Source of the DNA: an uncultured Candidatus Saccharibacteria bacterium
GTDB lineage: Bacteria > Patescibacteriota > Minisyncoccia > Phycocordibacterales > Phycocordibacteraceae
Direction: 5' to 3'
Length of the DNA stretch: 51,816 bases
Assembly (NCBI GenBank): GCA_964569655.1
Contig: CAZMTN010000003.1
Coordinates: forward strand, 1 to 51,816
Part shown: positions 25,148-33,611 of the stretch, piece after piece
Layout: every line of letters begins with the position of its first letter
Position numbering within the stretch: position 1 is the stretch's first letter
Translations under genes and position numbers: made by a program
Notes under the pieces: generated by a model
What the model was told of the DNA's origin: nothing
Seen by the model: only the letters and a program-made list of their open reading frames with translations
The model's database searches: none

Positions 25148-28048
25148 ATGTCTATTCAGTTTGTCAGCGGAACAAGCGCAAAGGCGCTCGCTACCGCAGT
25201 TGCGATCGCGACACTCGCGTTCGCTCCTTTTACCAGCTATGCCGCACCGCTCGTAGTCACTCCAAGCGAGAACCAGGGATGGGAGGACTCATCAAGCGAT
25301 GGGGCTACCGTGTCCTTTGTTGCTGATGAAACGGCGTCAGGAGACGGGGCACTTCAGCTCGTTACGGCGGCTACCAACGAGTCGCGTGCGCACTACTCTC
25401 TTGAGGTTGACGACGTCCGCCTCACCGATGCTACGGATATCTCATACAGCACCAAGCAGGTGAGCGTGCCTGCAGTGGCCCAGACTTATGGGAACGCAAC
25501 GCTTCGCATCACCCTCGACCTCGACGGCGAAGCAGGGAGCGAGGAGGATCAGCTCATGTACGAGCCGTACTACAACGGCTTCGGAGGCAGCACCAACTGG
25601 GTTACTTACGACATCTCAAGCTCAAACGGCAAGTTCTGGTCAAACAGCGACACCCCTCGCACCTACAACGGATCTGCCCCTGCACAGAATGCCGGCGGAT
25701 ATGACACGAACTTCACCCTTGGCGACGTCCTTCATGACTTCCCAGAGGCAGTCGTTACTGAAATCGTCGTAAGCATGGGTACCTGGAACCCTGACCAGAC
25801 CATCCTCGTGGATGAGGTCGAGTTCAACGGAACCACCTACGATTTCGAGCAGGATCCTCCAGTACCGTTCGCGACGAACACCACTTCCGGAGAGGAGTAC
25901 ACCGACCTTGGGGAGGCAGTCGGTGAGGCCCTCGACGGCGAGACCATCCTCATTGAGGCGGGTACGCATACTGTCCCGGCAGGAACTATCACCATCAGCA
26001 AGGACATCACTATCATTGGAGAAGAGAACGCAGTCCTCCAGACTTCTGGAAGCGATGTCCTCTTCCGCATCAGCGCGAACGGCGTGACGATCGAGAATCT
26101 CACTATCGAGAAGACCGACGACAACGTCAGCCAGAACATCATCTCGATCCAGGGCAGCGACGCGTCTATCGTCCACAACCACTTCAAGGGTCGCTTCAAT
26201 ATTGGGGACAGCGAGACTACCCGCGCCCTCGAAGTCAGCACGACTAACGGCCTCCTCGTAGATAGCAACATCTTCGAGAACCTCCGCCAGCCTGCCTACG
26301 TGAACGACAACACCGTCGGAACGATCAGCAACAACTACACTACTGACACGAAGGGATGGGTCGTGGTGTCGAACTCTAACCTCACCTTCACCGATAACAC
26401 GTGGGGAACGAACGTTGTAGATATCGCCATCATCGCGGGAGGAAGCGACAACTACACCGACATCCTCGCCATGAGCGGGAACAACGATGGGGCAGTCATC
26501 ATCAACAAGTTCGCTCCGGTCCGCCAGACCGAGGCTTGGGTAAACGCATCGGCACCGAACGACAATGACGATGGCAGCTCTATTGTCCCGCTGAAGACGC
26601 TCGGCGCGGCTATGAGCCGCATCGTGAACGGCGGCACGATCCACCTCATGAGTGACATCACGCTCTCGTCCCAGCTCAACGTCAACAAGTCGGTCACCAT
26701 CGAAGGTAACGACCACCAGGTAACCGCGGACTTCTCCGGCGGATCTGTGGTCCAGATCATCACCGCGAACAACGTCACTATCAACGACCTCGTCGTAGAT
26801 GGCGGCGGCGCAGGGAAGAACAACCGCGGCATCAACGCCTACGTCGTTACCGGCGTCCTTCTCGACGGCGTCACCGTTCAGAACAACAACAAGAACGGCC
26901 TTGTCGTTAATGGCTCGACAGTCGTCGTGAACAACATCACGACCGACGGGAACGGCTGGGAAGCTATCGACGTGGACATGGGAGGCGGCGTTACCACACA
27001 GGCTCACCTCACGGTGAACGGCGTGAGCGTGCACCTCAACTCAGCTAAGGCGGCTATCCGCATCGACAACGTTACCAAGTCTCCGACCCCTACGGTCGTC
27101 GATACGAACGATCAGTACACCATCACCGAAACCAGCGAGATCATCAGGGACTACTTCCCGAAGAATGAGAACACAGAGACCGAGGAAGAATTCGAAGAAA
27201 CGACTACCAGTGGTGATGTGCAGGTCGATATTTACCTCCCAGAAGGAACCATCGTCACTGCAGACGCTGACTGGGACGGCATCATCAACGCTCCTATCGC
27301 AACCACGACTACCGTCACGGTAGACGGAGCAGAGACGGTCGTTACAGCAGCGATTACTGTCGGCTCTGACCTCTACACCCTCTACTTCGACCAGGCAGCG
27401 AAGATTACCTTCGAAGGACAAGTGAACACTCGCGCCGGCTGGATCAACCACGCGGGAGTATTCACTGAGATTACTACTGTTTGCGATGCAAACACTCAGG
27501 AATCTGCTGATAGCCAGCTCGGTACAGGTGAAGACTGCAAGATCGACGTAGGTGATGATCTCGTCGTCTGGACCAAGCACTTCTCGACCTTCATGACCTA
27601 CACTCAGACCAGTACCTCATCAGGAGGCAATGGCGGAGGGGGCAGTTCATCGAACAATGACGATGATGACAACGAAAGCACTGCAACTGACGGCTCAGTA
27701 GACGCAGGCGGGGAAGTCCTCGGTGCGGCGACCTTTGCCTTCACTACCGATATGACCATCGGCTCTACCGGCGAGGCCGTCATCGAGCTCCAGAAGATCC
27801 TCATCGCAGCCGGCCATCTCCAGATTGCCGCTCCGACCGGATATTTCGGCGAGCTCACGAAGGCAGCGCTCGTTAAGTGGCAGGTAGCGCACGGCGTTCC
27901 GGGAACCGGATACTTCGGCCCGCTCACCCGCGCGGCGATCAATGCCGCTGCACCGATGGAGAGCACGGAGACGCAGCAGAAGGTAATCGAGCTCATGCAG
28001 CAGCTGATCAAGCTCCTGCAGGAACTGCGAGACATGAAGAACAGCTAG
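25148..28048 (+). CDS. Large secreted surface protein: beta-sandwich, two parallel beta-helix regions, HFS domain, peptidoglycan-binding domain
   Basis: Signal peptide; Asn/Asp/Thr/Val-rich beta-helix-like repeats; WTKHFSTF; Ser/Gly linker; PG_binding_1-like V-ELQK-L...TGYFG-LTKAA-V-WQ-AHG...TGYFGPLTRA. Confidence 0.8.
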   Translation: MSIQFVSGTSAKALATAVAIATLAFAPFTSYAAPLVVTPSENQGWEDSSSDGATVSFVADETASGDGALQLVTAATNESRAHYSLEVDDVRLTDATDISYSTKQVSVPAVAQTYGNATLRITLDLDGEAGSEEDQLMYEPYYNGFGGSTNWVTYDISSSNGKFWSNSDTPRTYNGSAPAQNAGGYDTNFTLGDVLHDFPEAVVTEIVVSMGTWNPDQTILVDEVEFNGTTYDFEQDPPVPFATNTTSGEEYTDLGEAVGEALDGETILIEAGTHTVPAGTITISKDITIIGEENAVLQTSGSDVLFRISANGVTIENLTIEKTDDNVSQNIISIQGSDASIVHNHFKGRFNIGDSETTRALEVSTTNGLLVDSNIFENLRQPAYVNDNTVGTISNNYTTDTKGWVVVSNSNLTFTDNTWGTNVVDIAIIAGGSDNYTDILAMSGNNDGAVIINKFAPVRQTEAWVNASAPNDNDDGSSIVPLKTLGAAMSRIVNGGTIHLMSDITLSSQLNVNKSVTIEGNDHQVTADFSGGSVVQIITANNVTINDLVVDGGGAGKNNRGINAYVVTGVLLDGVTVQNNNKNGLVVNGSTVVVNNITTDGNGWEAIDVDMGGGVTTQAHLTVNGVSVHLNSAKAAIRIDNVTKSPTPTVVDTNDQYTITETSEIIRDYFPKNENTETEEEFEETTTSGDVQVDIYLPEGTIVTADADWDGIINAPIATTTTVTVDGAETVVTAAITVGSDLYTLYFDQAAKITFEGQVNTRAGWINHAGVFTEITTVCDANTQESADSQLGTGEDCKIDVGDDLVVWTKHFSTFMTYTQTSTSSGGNGGGGSSSNNDDDDNESTATDGSVDAGGEVLGAATFAFTTDMTIGSTGEAVIELQKILIAAGHLQIAAPTGYFGELTKAALVKWQVAHGVPGTGYFGPLTRAAINAAAPMESTETQQKVIELMQQLIKLLQELRDMKNS

Positions 28049-28066
28049 AGATTCCTATCTCTGGGG

Positions 28067-28097
28067 AAACGCCACCTTCGCGGGTGGCGTTTTTCTT
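28067..28097 (+). terminator. Intrinsic terminator
   Basis: AAACGCCACC/GGTGGCGTTT followed by a T-run. Confidence 0.8.
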
Positions 28098-28119
28098 AAT
28101 GCACGATATAATCGCGGTT

Positions 28120-29106
28120 ATGACAAGGAAGCGGCGTTCCCGCGTGAAGCACTACCTCCTCCCGCATCGGGGCAACGGGTACAAACCCCAGCTCTTCGCC
28201 GCGTCCTCTATCGCTATCGTCATCGCCGCAGTGGTGATCCTCCAGGGGCTCTACTTCTTCACCACCCAGGTGGTGTTCAAGCAGTCCGACTTCCTTGCGA
28301 GCGTGCTCCCGGGAGCGCTCGTCGCGCTCACCAACACCGATCGCGCGGAGAATAACCTTGGTGCACTCATCGAGGACCAGAGGCTTGCCGCGGCTGCGCA
28401 GCTCAAGGCTGATGACATGGCCGCGAAGGGCTACTTCGCGCATGTTACCCCTGAGGGGTACCAGCCATGGCACTGGCTTGAACAGGTCGGCTACGACTAC
28501 ACCTACGCCGGTGAGAATCTCGCCGTGAACTTCACGGATTCCGAGGAGGTCGAGGAAGCGTGGATGAACTCGCCGACGCACCGGGCGAATATCGTGAAGC
28601 CGGAGTACACCCATGTCGGCATCGCGACCGCGAACGGCACATACAAGGGAAAGGAGGTGACGTTCGTGGTGCAGATGTTCGCGACAAAACCCGGAGAAGT
28701 GGCTCCTCCCGAACCTGAGGAGGCCGTGATCGCGACCGCGGATGAGGAACCGGCTGCTCCGGTCGCCGAGGAGGCGGAGGCACCTACGGTTGCCGCAGGG
28801 ATCGTCGCCGAGACCCAGGTCCTCGGAGAGGAGACGACGGCCGCTATCGAGCAGGCAGCCACCTCGCCGACCCGGACCATCGTCTATATCCTTTCAGGAC
28901 TGGCCCTGCTCATCCTCCTCGTGCTCATCGTCGCGTTCTTCGTGCACCTCAAGACGCAGTACGTGCAGGCCCTCGGCGGCGGCGTCGCGCTGCTTGCGGT
29001 GGTGGTCGGATTCATGCTCTTCAACGCATCGAACCTCGAGCAGGTAGAGGTTCCAGAAGCCAGCCAATCCGCCTCGGTCATCAACGCCTTTCCAGGGTTG
29101 CGGTAG
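28120..29106 (+). CDS. CAP (SCP-like) domain membrane protein
   Basis: LTN-DR, KADDMAAKGYFAH, YTYAGENLA, WMNSPTHRANI, VVQMF; N- and C-terminal TMs; start follows TATAAT (28107-12). Confidence 0.9.
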   Translation: MTRKRRSRVKHYLLPHRGNGYKPQLFAASSIAIVIAAVVILQGLYFFTTQVVFKQSDFLASVLPGALVALTNTDRAENNLGALIEDQRLAAAAQLKADDMAAKGYFAHVTPEGYQPWHWLEQVGYDYTYAGENLAVNFTDSEEVEEAWMNSPTHRANIVKPEYTHVGIATANGTYKGKEVTFVVQMFATKPGEVAPPEPEEAVIATADEEPAAPVAEEAEAPTVAAGIVAETQVLGEETTAAIEQAATSPTRTIVYILSGLALLILLVLIVAFFVHLKTQYVQALGGGVALLAVVVGFMLFNASNLEQVEVPEASQSASVINAFPGLR

Positions 29107-29135
29107 CCCGCCGGAAAGGGTAGGATGGGTCAACT

Positions 29136-29561
29136 ATGAAAGTCGTACTAACCCGAGACGTGAAAGACATGGGCCGCGCCAACGAGGTCATCGAGACCTC
29201 GGACGGGCACGCGCTCAATTTCCTTATCCCGAAGAAGATGGCCATCGCAGCGACCCCGTCAGCAGTGAAGGCTGCCGAGACCCGCAAGAAGGCGGTGGTA
29301 GACCGCAAGGAGCTCGACGTGAAGCTCATCGAGGAGCGCATCGAGGCGCTCGCCGGCGAGACGGTCACCATCGCGAAGAAGGCCAACGAGCAGGGCCACC
29401 TCTACGACGCCGTAGACGCAGCGGAGATCGCGGCAGCAGCCCAGCTCCCGGAGGATGCTATCCGCATCGAGAAGCCGTTCAAGGAGCTCGGCACCTTCGA
29501 GGTCCCGGTCATGATGAAGGAGCAGTTCGGCAAATTCTCCATCACCATCATCGCAGAATAG
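29136..29561 (+). CDS. rplI: 50S ribosomal protein bL9
   Basis: MKVVL-RDVK-MG, DGHALNFLIPK, G-LYDAV, PFKELG-F-V. Confidence 0.95.
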   Translation: MKVVLTRDVKDMGRANEVIETSDGHALNFLIPKKMAIAATPSAVKAAETRKKAVVDRKELDVKLIEERIEALAGETVTIAKKANEQGHLYDAVDAAEIAAAAQLPEDAIRIEKPFKELGTFEVPVMMKEQFGKFSITIIAE

Positions 29562-29581
29562 GACACGTTTCAGACGCAAGG

Positions 29582-29608
29582 CCAGCCGTTGACCGACGGC
29601 TGGTTTTT
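29582..29608 (+). terminator. Intrinsic terminator overlapping the next promoter
   Basis: CCAGCCGT/ACGGCTGG plus TTTTT; contains TTGACC(29589-94) 16 nt before TATCCT. Confidence 0.65.
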
Positions 29609-29664
29609 GCTATCCTGGCGCGATACCCATGCAGGGAAGCATGGGTTGTCTCAGGGGCTTCATC

Positions 29665-29895
29665 ATGAGCGCAATAGGGAATGCTCGTCATCGGTACTAC
29701 CGCGGTTCCCGGACAAGGGACCGCTACTCGCTTCACGCGAATATCCTCTGGTTCACGCTGACCGTCGTCCTGGTCCTGGTCCTCTACTTCTGGCTCCTTC
29801 AGTATCCTGAAGTGGGCTACATCGAAGCAGGACTCATCACCGGGCTGGTGGCCATCGTGACTCTCGGCATAGTGCTGTACTTCCGCAAATACTGA
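29665..29895 (+). CDS. Small two-TM hypothetical protein, 76 aa (orphan)
   Basis: Two hydrophobic helices; AGGGG 7 nt upstream of ATG 29665. Confidence 0.55.
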   Translation: MSAIGNARHRYYRGSRTRDRYSLHANILWFTLTVVLVLVLYFWLLQYPEVGYIEAGLITGLVAIVTLGIVLYFRKY

Positions 29896-29920
29896 TCTTT
29901 CCCCAATAAGAACGTAAAGA

Positions 29921-29958
29921 AAACGGCCCGCCTAGTCAGCGAGCCGTTTGTCTTTTTT
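29921..29958. terminator. Terminator between convergent genes
   Basis: AAACGGC/GCCGTTT stem flanked by A- and T-runs. Confidence 0.55.
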
Positions 29959-29965
29959 GTATCGC

Positions 29966-30238
29966 TTACGCGACGTCTACGACCTTCTTGCGGGTGATGC
30001 GTCCGTCAAAGCCGGTCTTGCGGCGCTCGCGGAAAGAAACGGTGCCCGCGGCAGATGCGTAGAGGGTGTGGTCCTTGCCCACGCGGACATTCTTGCCGGC
30101 CTCGATCTTCGTGCCGCGCTGGCGGACGATGATCATGCCTGCGCGGACCGCCTCGCCATCGGCGAGCTTAACGCCGAGGTATTTCGGGTTTGAAGTATTA
30201 AGGTTTTTCGCTGAGCCGCCCGCTTTTGTTGATGCCAT
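29966..30238 (-). CDS. rpmA: 50S ribosomal protein bL27
   Basis: [34 protein letters not shown]. Confidence 0.97.
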   Translation of the reverse strand: MASTKAGGSAKNLNTSNPKYLGVKLADGEAVRAGMIIVRQRGTKIEAGKNVRVGKDHTLYASAAGTVSFRERRKTGFDGRITRKKVVDVA

Positions 30239-30257
30239 AGTGGTATGCTTTTGTGTG

Positions 30258-30686
30258 ATGACTATAGCAGAAGGCGGGGGACCAGGCAAGGCGGCCCTGG
30301 AGGGCTCCCTGGGGCCGGTCCTCGACCGTATCCCGAGGCCATACCTCTACCTGGGCATCCTGGCCCTGTCCTGCTCTACGGCCTTCGGCCTGGGGCATAT
30401 GGAGGGCAGGGGAGTAGCCCCGGACGAGGGAATCTCCATTTCACAGCTTGCGACCAGCACTCCGGAGTTCATGCGGGGCCAGGCGGCGGCAGCTGCCGCG
30501 GCAGTACCTGAGGACACTATGCCGGCCGGCGGGGAAGTGGTGGCATCGAAGAGCGGCACAAAGTACTACTTCCCCTGGTGCGGGACGGTGAAGCGCATCA
30601 AGGAGGAGAATAAGATCTGGTTCCCTAATAGAGAAGCGGCCGAAGCTGCCGGGTATGAGCCTGCGGCTAACTGCAAGGGGATGTAG
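30258..30686 (+). CDS. Membrane-anchored protein with a C-terminal Ada-like metal-binding domain
   Basis: TM near the N-terminus; [13 protein letters not shown]...[21 protein letters not shown]. Confidence 0.7.
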   Translation: MTIAEGGGPGKAALEGSLGPVLDRIPRPYLYLGILALSCSTAFGLGHMEGRGVAPDEGISISQLATSTPEFMRGQAAAAAAAVPEDTMPAGGEVVASKSGTKYYFPWCGTVKRIKEENKIWFPNREAAEAAGYEPAANCKGM

Positions 30687-30701
30687 GTTATACTTTTGGT
30701 A

Positions 30702-31340
30702 ATGAAAGTAACAAAGTTCGGTCATTGTTGCCTCCTTATCGAGGAGAATGGTGCTCGCATATTGCTTGACCCAGGAAGTTTCTCAATAGTTCCGGATGTT
30801 GCGAATATCGACGCGATACTTATCACGCACGAACACGCGGATCATTATCATCTCGAGTCACTGAATGCTGTTCGCGCAAAGAACCCAAACGCGAGGGTCA
30901 TCACCAACGAGGGAGTAGGGAAACTGCTCAAGGAATCTGGCATCCCGCATGAGCTCATCGAGGACGGGCAGGACATCGAGGTTAAGGGAGTGTCTGTCGG
31001 AGGGAGAGGGGAGGATCATGCCTGCATCCATGCAGACATACCGCTTGTAAGAAATATAGGCTTCCTTATCGCCGGCAGGCTGTTCTATCCGGGAGACGCC
31101 TTTCATGCGCCTGTCGAGAAGGTCGAGATACTCGCGCTTCCGGTCATCGCGCCATGGATGCGGCTTGAGGAAGCGGTGGAGTACGCGAAAAAAATCAAGC
31201 CGCGGGTCGTTTTCCCGGTCCATGACGGCATGCTCCGCCAGGACAGGATGGGGTTCTCAAGGCGCATCCCCACTTCGCTGCTCGAGCCGCTCGGGATTGA
31301 GTTCAGGGATATGGGCGAAGGTTCGGTCGAAGAATTCTAG
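30702..31340 (+). CDS. Metallo-beta-lactamase-fold hydrolase
   Basis: GHCCLLIE, DPG, THEHADH, YPGD, PVHDG. Confidence 0.9.
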   Translation: MKVTKFGHCCLLIEENGARILLDPGSFSIVPDVANIDAILITHEHADHYHLESLNAVRAKNPNARVITNEGVGKLLKESGIPHELIEDGQDIEVKGVSVGGRGEDHACIHADIPLVRNIGFLIAGRLFYPGDAFHAPVEKVEILALPVIAPWMRLEEAVEYAKKIKPRVVFPVHDGMLRQDRMGFSRRIPTSLLEPLGIEFRDMGEGSVEEF

Positions 31341-31342
31341 CT

Positions 31343-31933
31343 ATGATCGTACTCGATATCGAATCAACCGGCCTCTCTCCAGAATCGAATTCGATTCTCT
31401 CTATCGGCGCACTCGACCTCGATAATCCCACCAACCAGTTCTATGACGAATGCCGCGCCTGGGACGGCGCGCATATCGAGGACGAGGCCCTGGCGATAAA
31501 CGGCTTCACCCGCGAGGAGGTAACGAATCCGGGTCGCAAATCCGAGGAGGAGGTCATCAAGGCATTCATCGCCTGGGCGACCGATCGACCTTTGAATCGC
31601 ACGCTCGCCGGGCAGAACGTATCATTCGATAGGGACTTCGTCCGAGCAGCCTGCAAGCGAGCGGGCATCGAATTCCCGTTCGCGCACCGCACCATCGATA
31701 CGCACACGCTCGTCTGGATGCACATGAAGCAGAAGGGCATCGAGCCGCCCATGCACAACAATCGGACTGCGCTCAGCCTCGACGCTGCGCTCGAGTACTG
31801 CGGACTTCCGGGAGAGCCGAAGCCGCACAATGCGCTCACGGGAGCGTTCTGCCACGCAGAAGTCATATCGCGCATCGTTTATAATAAGAAGCTATTACCG
31901 GACTTTGAAATGCACGCTATCCCATGGCTCTAG
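31343..31933 (+). CDS. DEDDh/DnaQ-like 3'-5' exonuclease with an altered ExoIII motif
   Basis: DIESTG (ExoI), QNVSFD (ExoII), HNALTGA (ExoIII, Asp replaced by Gly). Confidence 0.85.
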   Translation: MIVLDIESTGLSPESNSILSIGALDLDNPTNQFYDECRAWDGAHIEDEALAINGFTREEVTNPGRKSEEEVIKAFIAWATDRPLNRTLAGQNVSFDRDFVRAACKRAGIEFPFAHRTIDTHTLVWMHMKQKGIEPPMHNNRTALSLDAALEYCGLPGEPKPHNALTGAFCHAEVISRIVYNKKLLPDFEMHAIPWL

Positions 31934-32697
31934 ATCCCATACACCAGACCGTAGTGCCGCAGAAGGGCGGCGGCCGCGACGTCCATGAGACGGCGCAGGT
32001 CCTTGCGGATCATATCCAACAGGGAAAGCACACGGTGCCCGAGGTGCCTGCGCCGCTCGTCTGCAAGCCGAATCAGCTCGAGTCCTGGCGCGTGTTCAAG
32101 ATCATGTCCGAGTTCGTGGAAGGGTTCGACCTCCTCTCGAAGTACGGCCTTGCGGCGTCCTTCTTCGGCAGCACCCGCACCAGCGTGGATGATCCGTACT
32201 ACAAGGCGGCGCAGGAGCTCGCAGGACGCCTCGCGAAGTCCGGCTTCGCGGTGATCACCGGCGGCTCTGCCGGCATCATGCAGGCGGCGAACCAGGGCGC
32301 GCATGAGGCGGGCGGCTCGTCGGTCGGCCTCAACATCCGCCTCGACCAGGATCAGGGCATGAATAAGTTCCTGACCGACTATATGAAGTTCGACCACTTC
32401 TTCGTCCGCAAGGTGATGCTCACGTTCTCCTCCGAGGTCTACATCTATTTCCCGGGCGGGTTTGGCACCCTCGACGAGTTCTTCGAGATCCTGACCCTGG
32501 TGCAGACCAGGAAGATCAAGCAGATTCCCATCGTCATCTACGGCAAGGAGTACTGGGAGCCGCTCATCGCGTTCTTCGAGCAGAAGATGGAGAAGGACCA
32601 CGTCATGATCGACGCGGCCGATAAGGACCTGTACCGGCTCGTGGATTCGGTGGACGAGGCGTACGAGTACATCACGAAGTCCGTGACCTCCTGCTAG
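31924..32697 (+). CDS. LOG-family (TIGR00730-like) nucleotide phosphoribohydrolase
   Basis: FFGS-RT, ITGG-GIM-AAN-GA, F-VRKVML, PGGFGTLDE. Confidence 0.92.
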   Translation: MALDPIHQTVVPQKGGGRDVHETAQVLADHIQQGKHTVPEVPAPLVCKPNQLESWRVFKIMSEFVEGFDLLSKYGLAASFFGSTRTSVDDPYYKAAQELAGRLAKSGFAVITGGSAGIMQAANQGAHEAGGSSVGLNIRLDQDQGMNKFLTDYMKFDHFFVRKVMLTFSSEVYIYFPGGFGTLDEFFEILTLVQTRKIKQIPIVIYGKEYWEPLIAFFEQKMEKDHVMIDAADKDLYRLVDSVDEAYEYITKSVTSC

Positions 32698-33023
32698 CTA
32701 TGGGACTCGACTACAGCCAGAAGCGTCTCATCGGCACCGCGCTGCGCGGCAGGAACCAGCGCCTGCGCCTCTATGCGTTCCTCACGGGCGTCATGAGCAC
32801 CATCATTTCGCTCGCTCAGCTGGTCGTAATTGCCTCCCAGTAGGCAGGGAAGTAGGTGAGCTATTCCCACCCCCTCCCTCAGGACCCGCCTTGCATCCCC
32901 TATAATGACCGTATGAAAAGAACCCGCCGTTTGAATACGAAAAAGCTCGAAGTATACGCGTTCTGGACCGGCTTCATGAGCACGGTCATCAGCCTGGTGC
33001 AGGTGATCATCATCGCGAACCAT
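32694..33023 (-). CDS. Possible hypothetical protein, about 109 aa
   Basis: Fills a gap and overlaps the LOG stop convergently; no SD, no recognisable motif. Confidence 0.3.
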   Translation of the reverse strand: MVRDDDHLHQADDRAHEAGPERVYFELFRIQTAGSFHTVIIGDARRVLREGVGIAHLLPCLLGGNYDQLSERNDGAHDAREERIEAQALVPAAQRGADETLLAVVESHS

Positions 33024-33037
33024 TAAATAAGAGGTTC

Positions 33038-33086
33038 TTGACAATTTACTATAACTAAGGTATACTTCACCTTAGTAAATTGTCAT
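33038..33086. promoter_or_regulatory. Palindromic, face-to-face promoter pair / operator
   Basis: TTGACA-N17-TATACT on +; ATGACA-N16-TATACC on -; 13-bp perfect IR TGACAATTTACTA(33039-51)/TAGTAAATTGTCA(33073-85). Confidence 0.65.
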
Positions 33087-33126
33087 CCAGGCATCCCGCT
33101 TGGACCTACAGCTAAGGAGAGAAGAG

Positions 33127-33549
33127 ATGCGAATTGCTTTGATTGCTGCGGTCATGGGCGCCCTGCTCTATTCGAGCGAGACGACCCATGCGAAGTTCGG
33201 TGGCAGCCGCCCTGCCTGCAAGACGGAAGAATGCAAGCGCGATCGCCTCGGCCGCTATTACCACCAGCCGCTTCTGGACCGCGTCTTCGAAATCAAGAAT
33301 CAGCCGACCTGGATCAAGCTCGACAGCAAGGCGGATGAGACCGCGTATATCGGCTTCGGCCAGGTCGACATAGAGAACAGGATCTGCTTCGTGACGCTCA
33401 AGAACTCCGGACATGCCGCTCGCGTGCAAGGTACGCAATGGGGCGGCGGCAGCAACTGGATCTTCCTGACCATCGGCCACAGGACCTACGCTGCTCGTTG
33501 CACAAGCGGCAAGGTCGTCCTCGAAGCCCAGGCGAACAATCCCGTCTAA
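33127..33549 (+). CDS. Secreted Cys-containing hypothetical protein, 140 aa (orphan)
   Basis: Signal peptide, four Cys, AAGGAG 7 nt upstream, consensus promoter, terminator. Confidence 0.7.
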   Translation: MRIALIAAVMGALLYSSETTHAKFGGSRPACKTEECKRDRLGRYYHQPLLDRVFEIKNQPTWIKLDSKADETAYIGFGQVDIENRICFVTLKNSGHAARVQGTQWGGGSNWIFLTIGHRTYAARCTSGKVVLEAQANNPV

Positions 33550-33571
33550 TCCTCCTGACGAAGCCAAAACA

Positions 33572-33608
33572 ACGGGCGCCTACACATCGTAGGCGCCCGT
33601 ACTCTTTT
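33572..33608. terminator. Intrinsic terminator, possibly bidirectional
   Basis: ACGGGCGCCTAC/GTAGGCGCCCGT 12-bp stem. Confidence 0.8.
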
Positions 33609-33611
33609 ATA

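Noticed and set aside
30534-30554. GGEVVAS in the Ada-like protein as a fourth VLG motif; also SVLG and RVLG in the carboxypeptidase and 3D protein
   Set aside because: These fall within folded-domain strands rather than at linker ends
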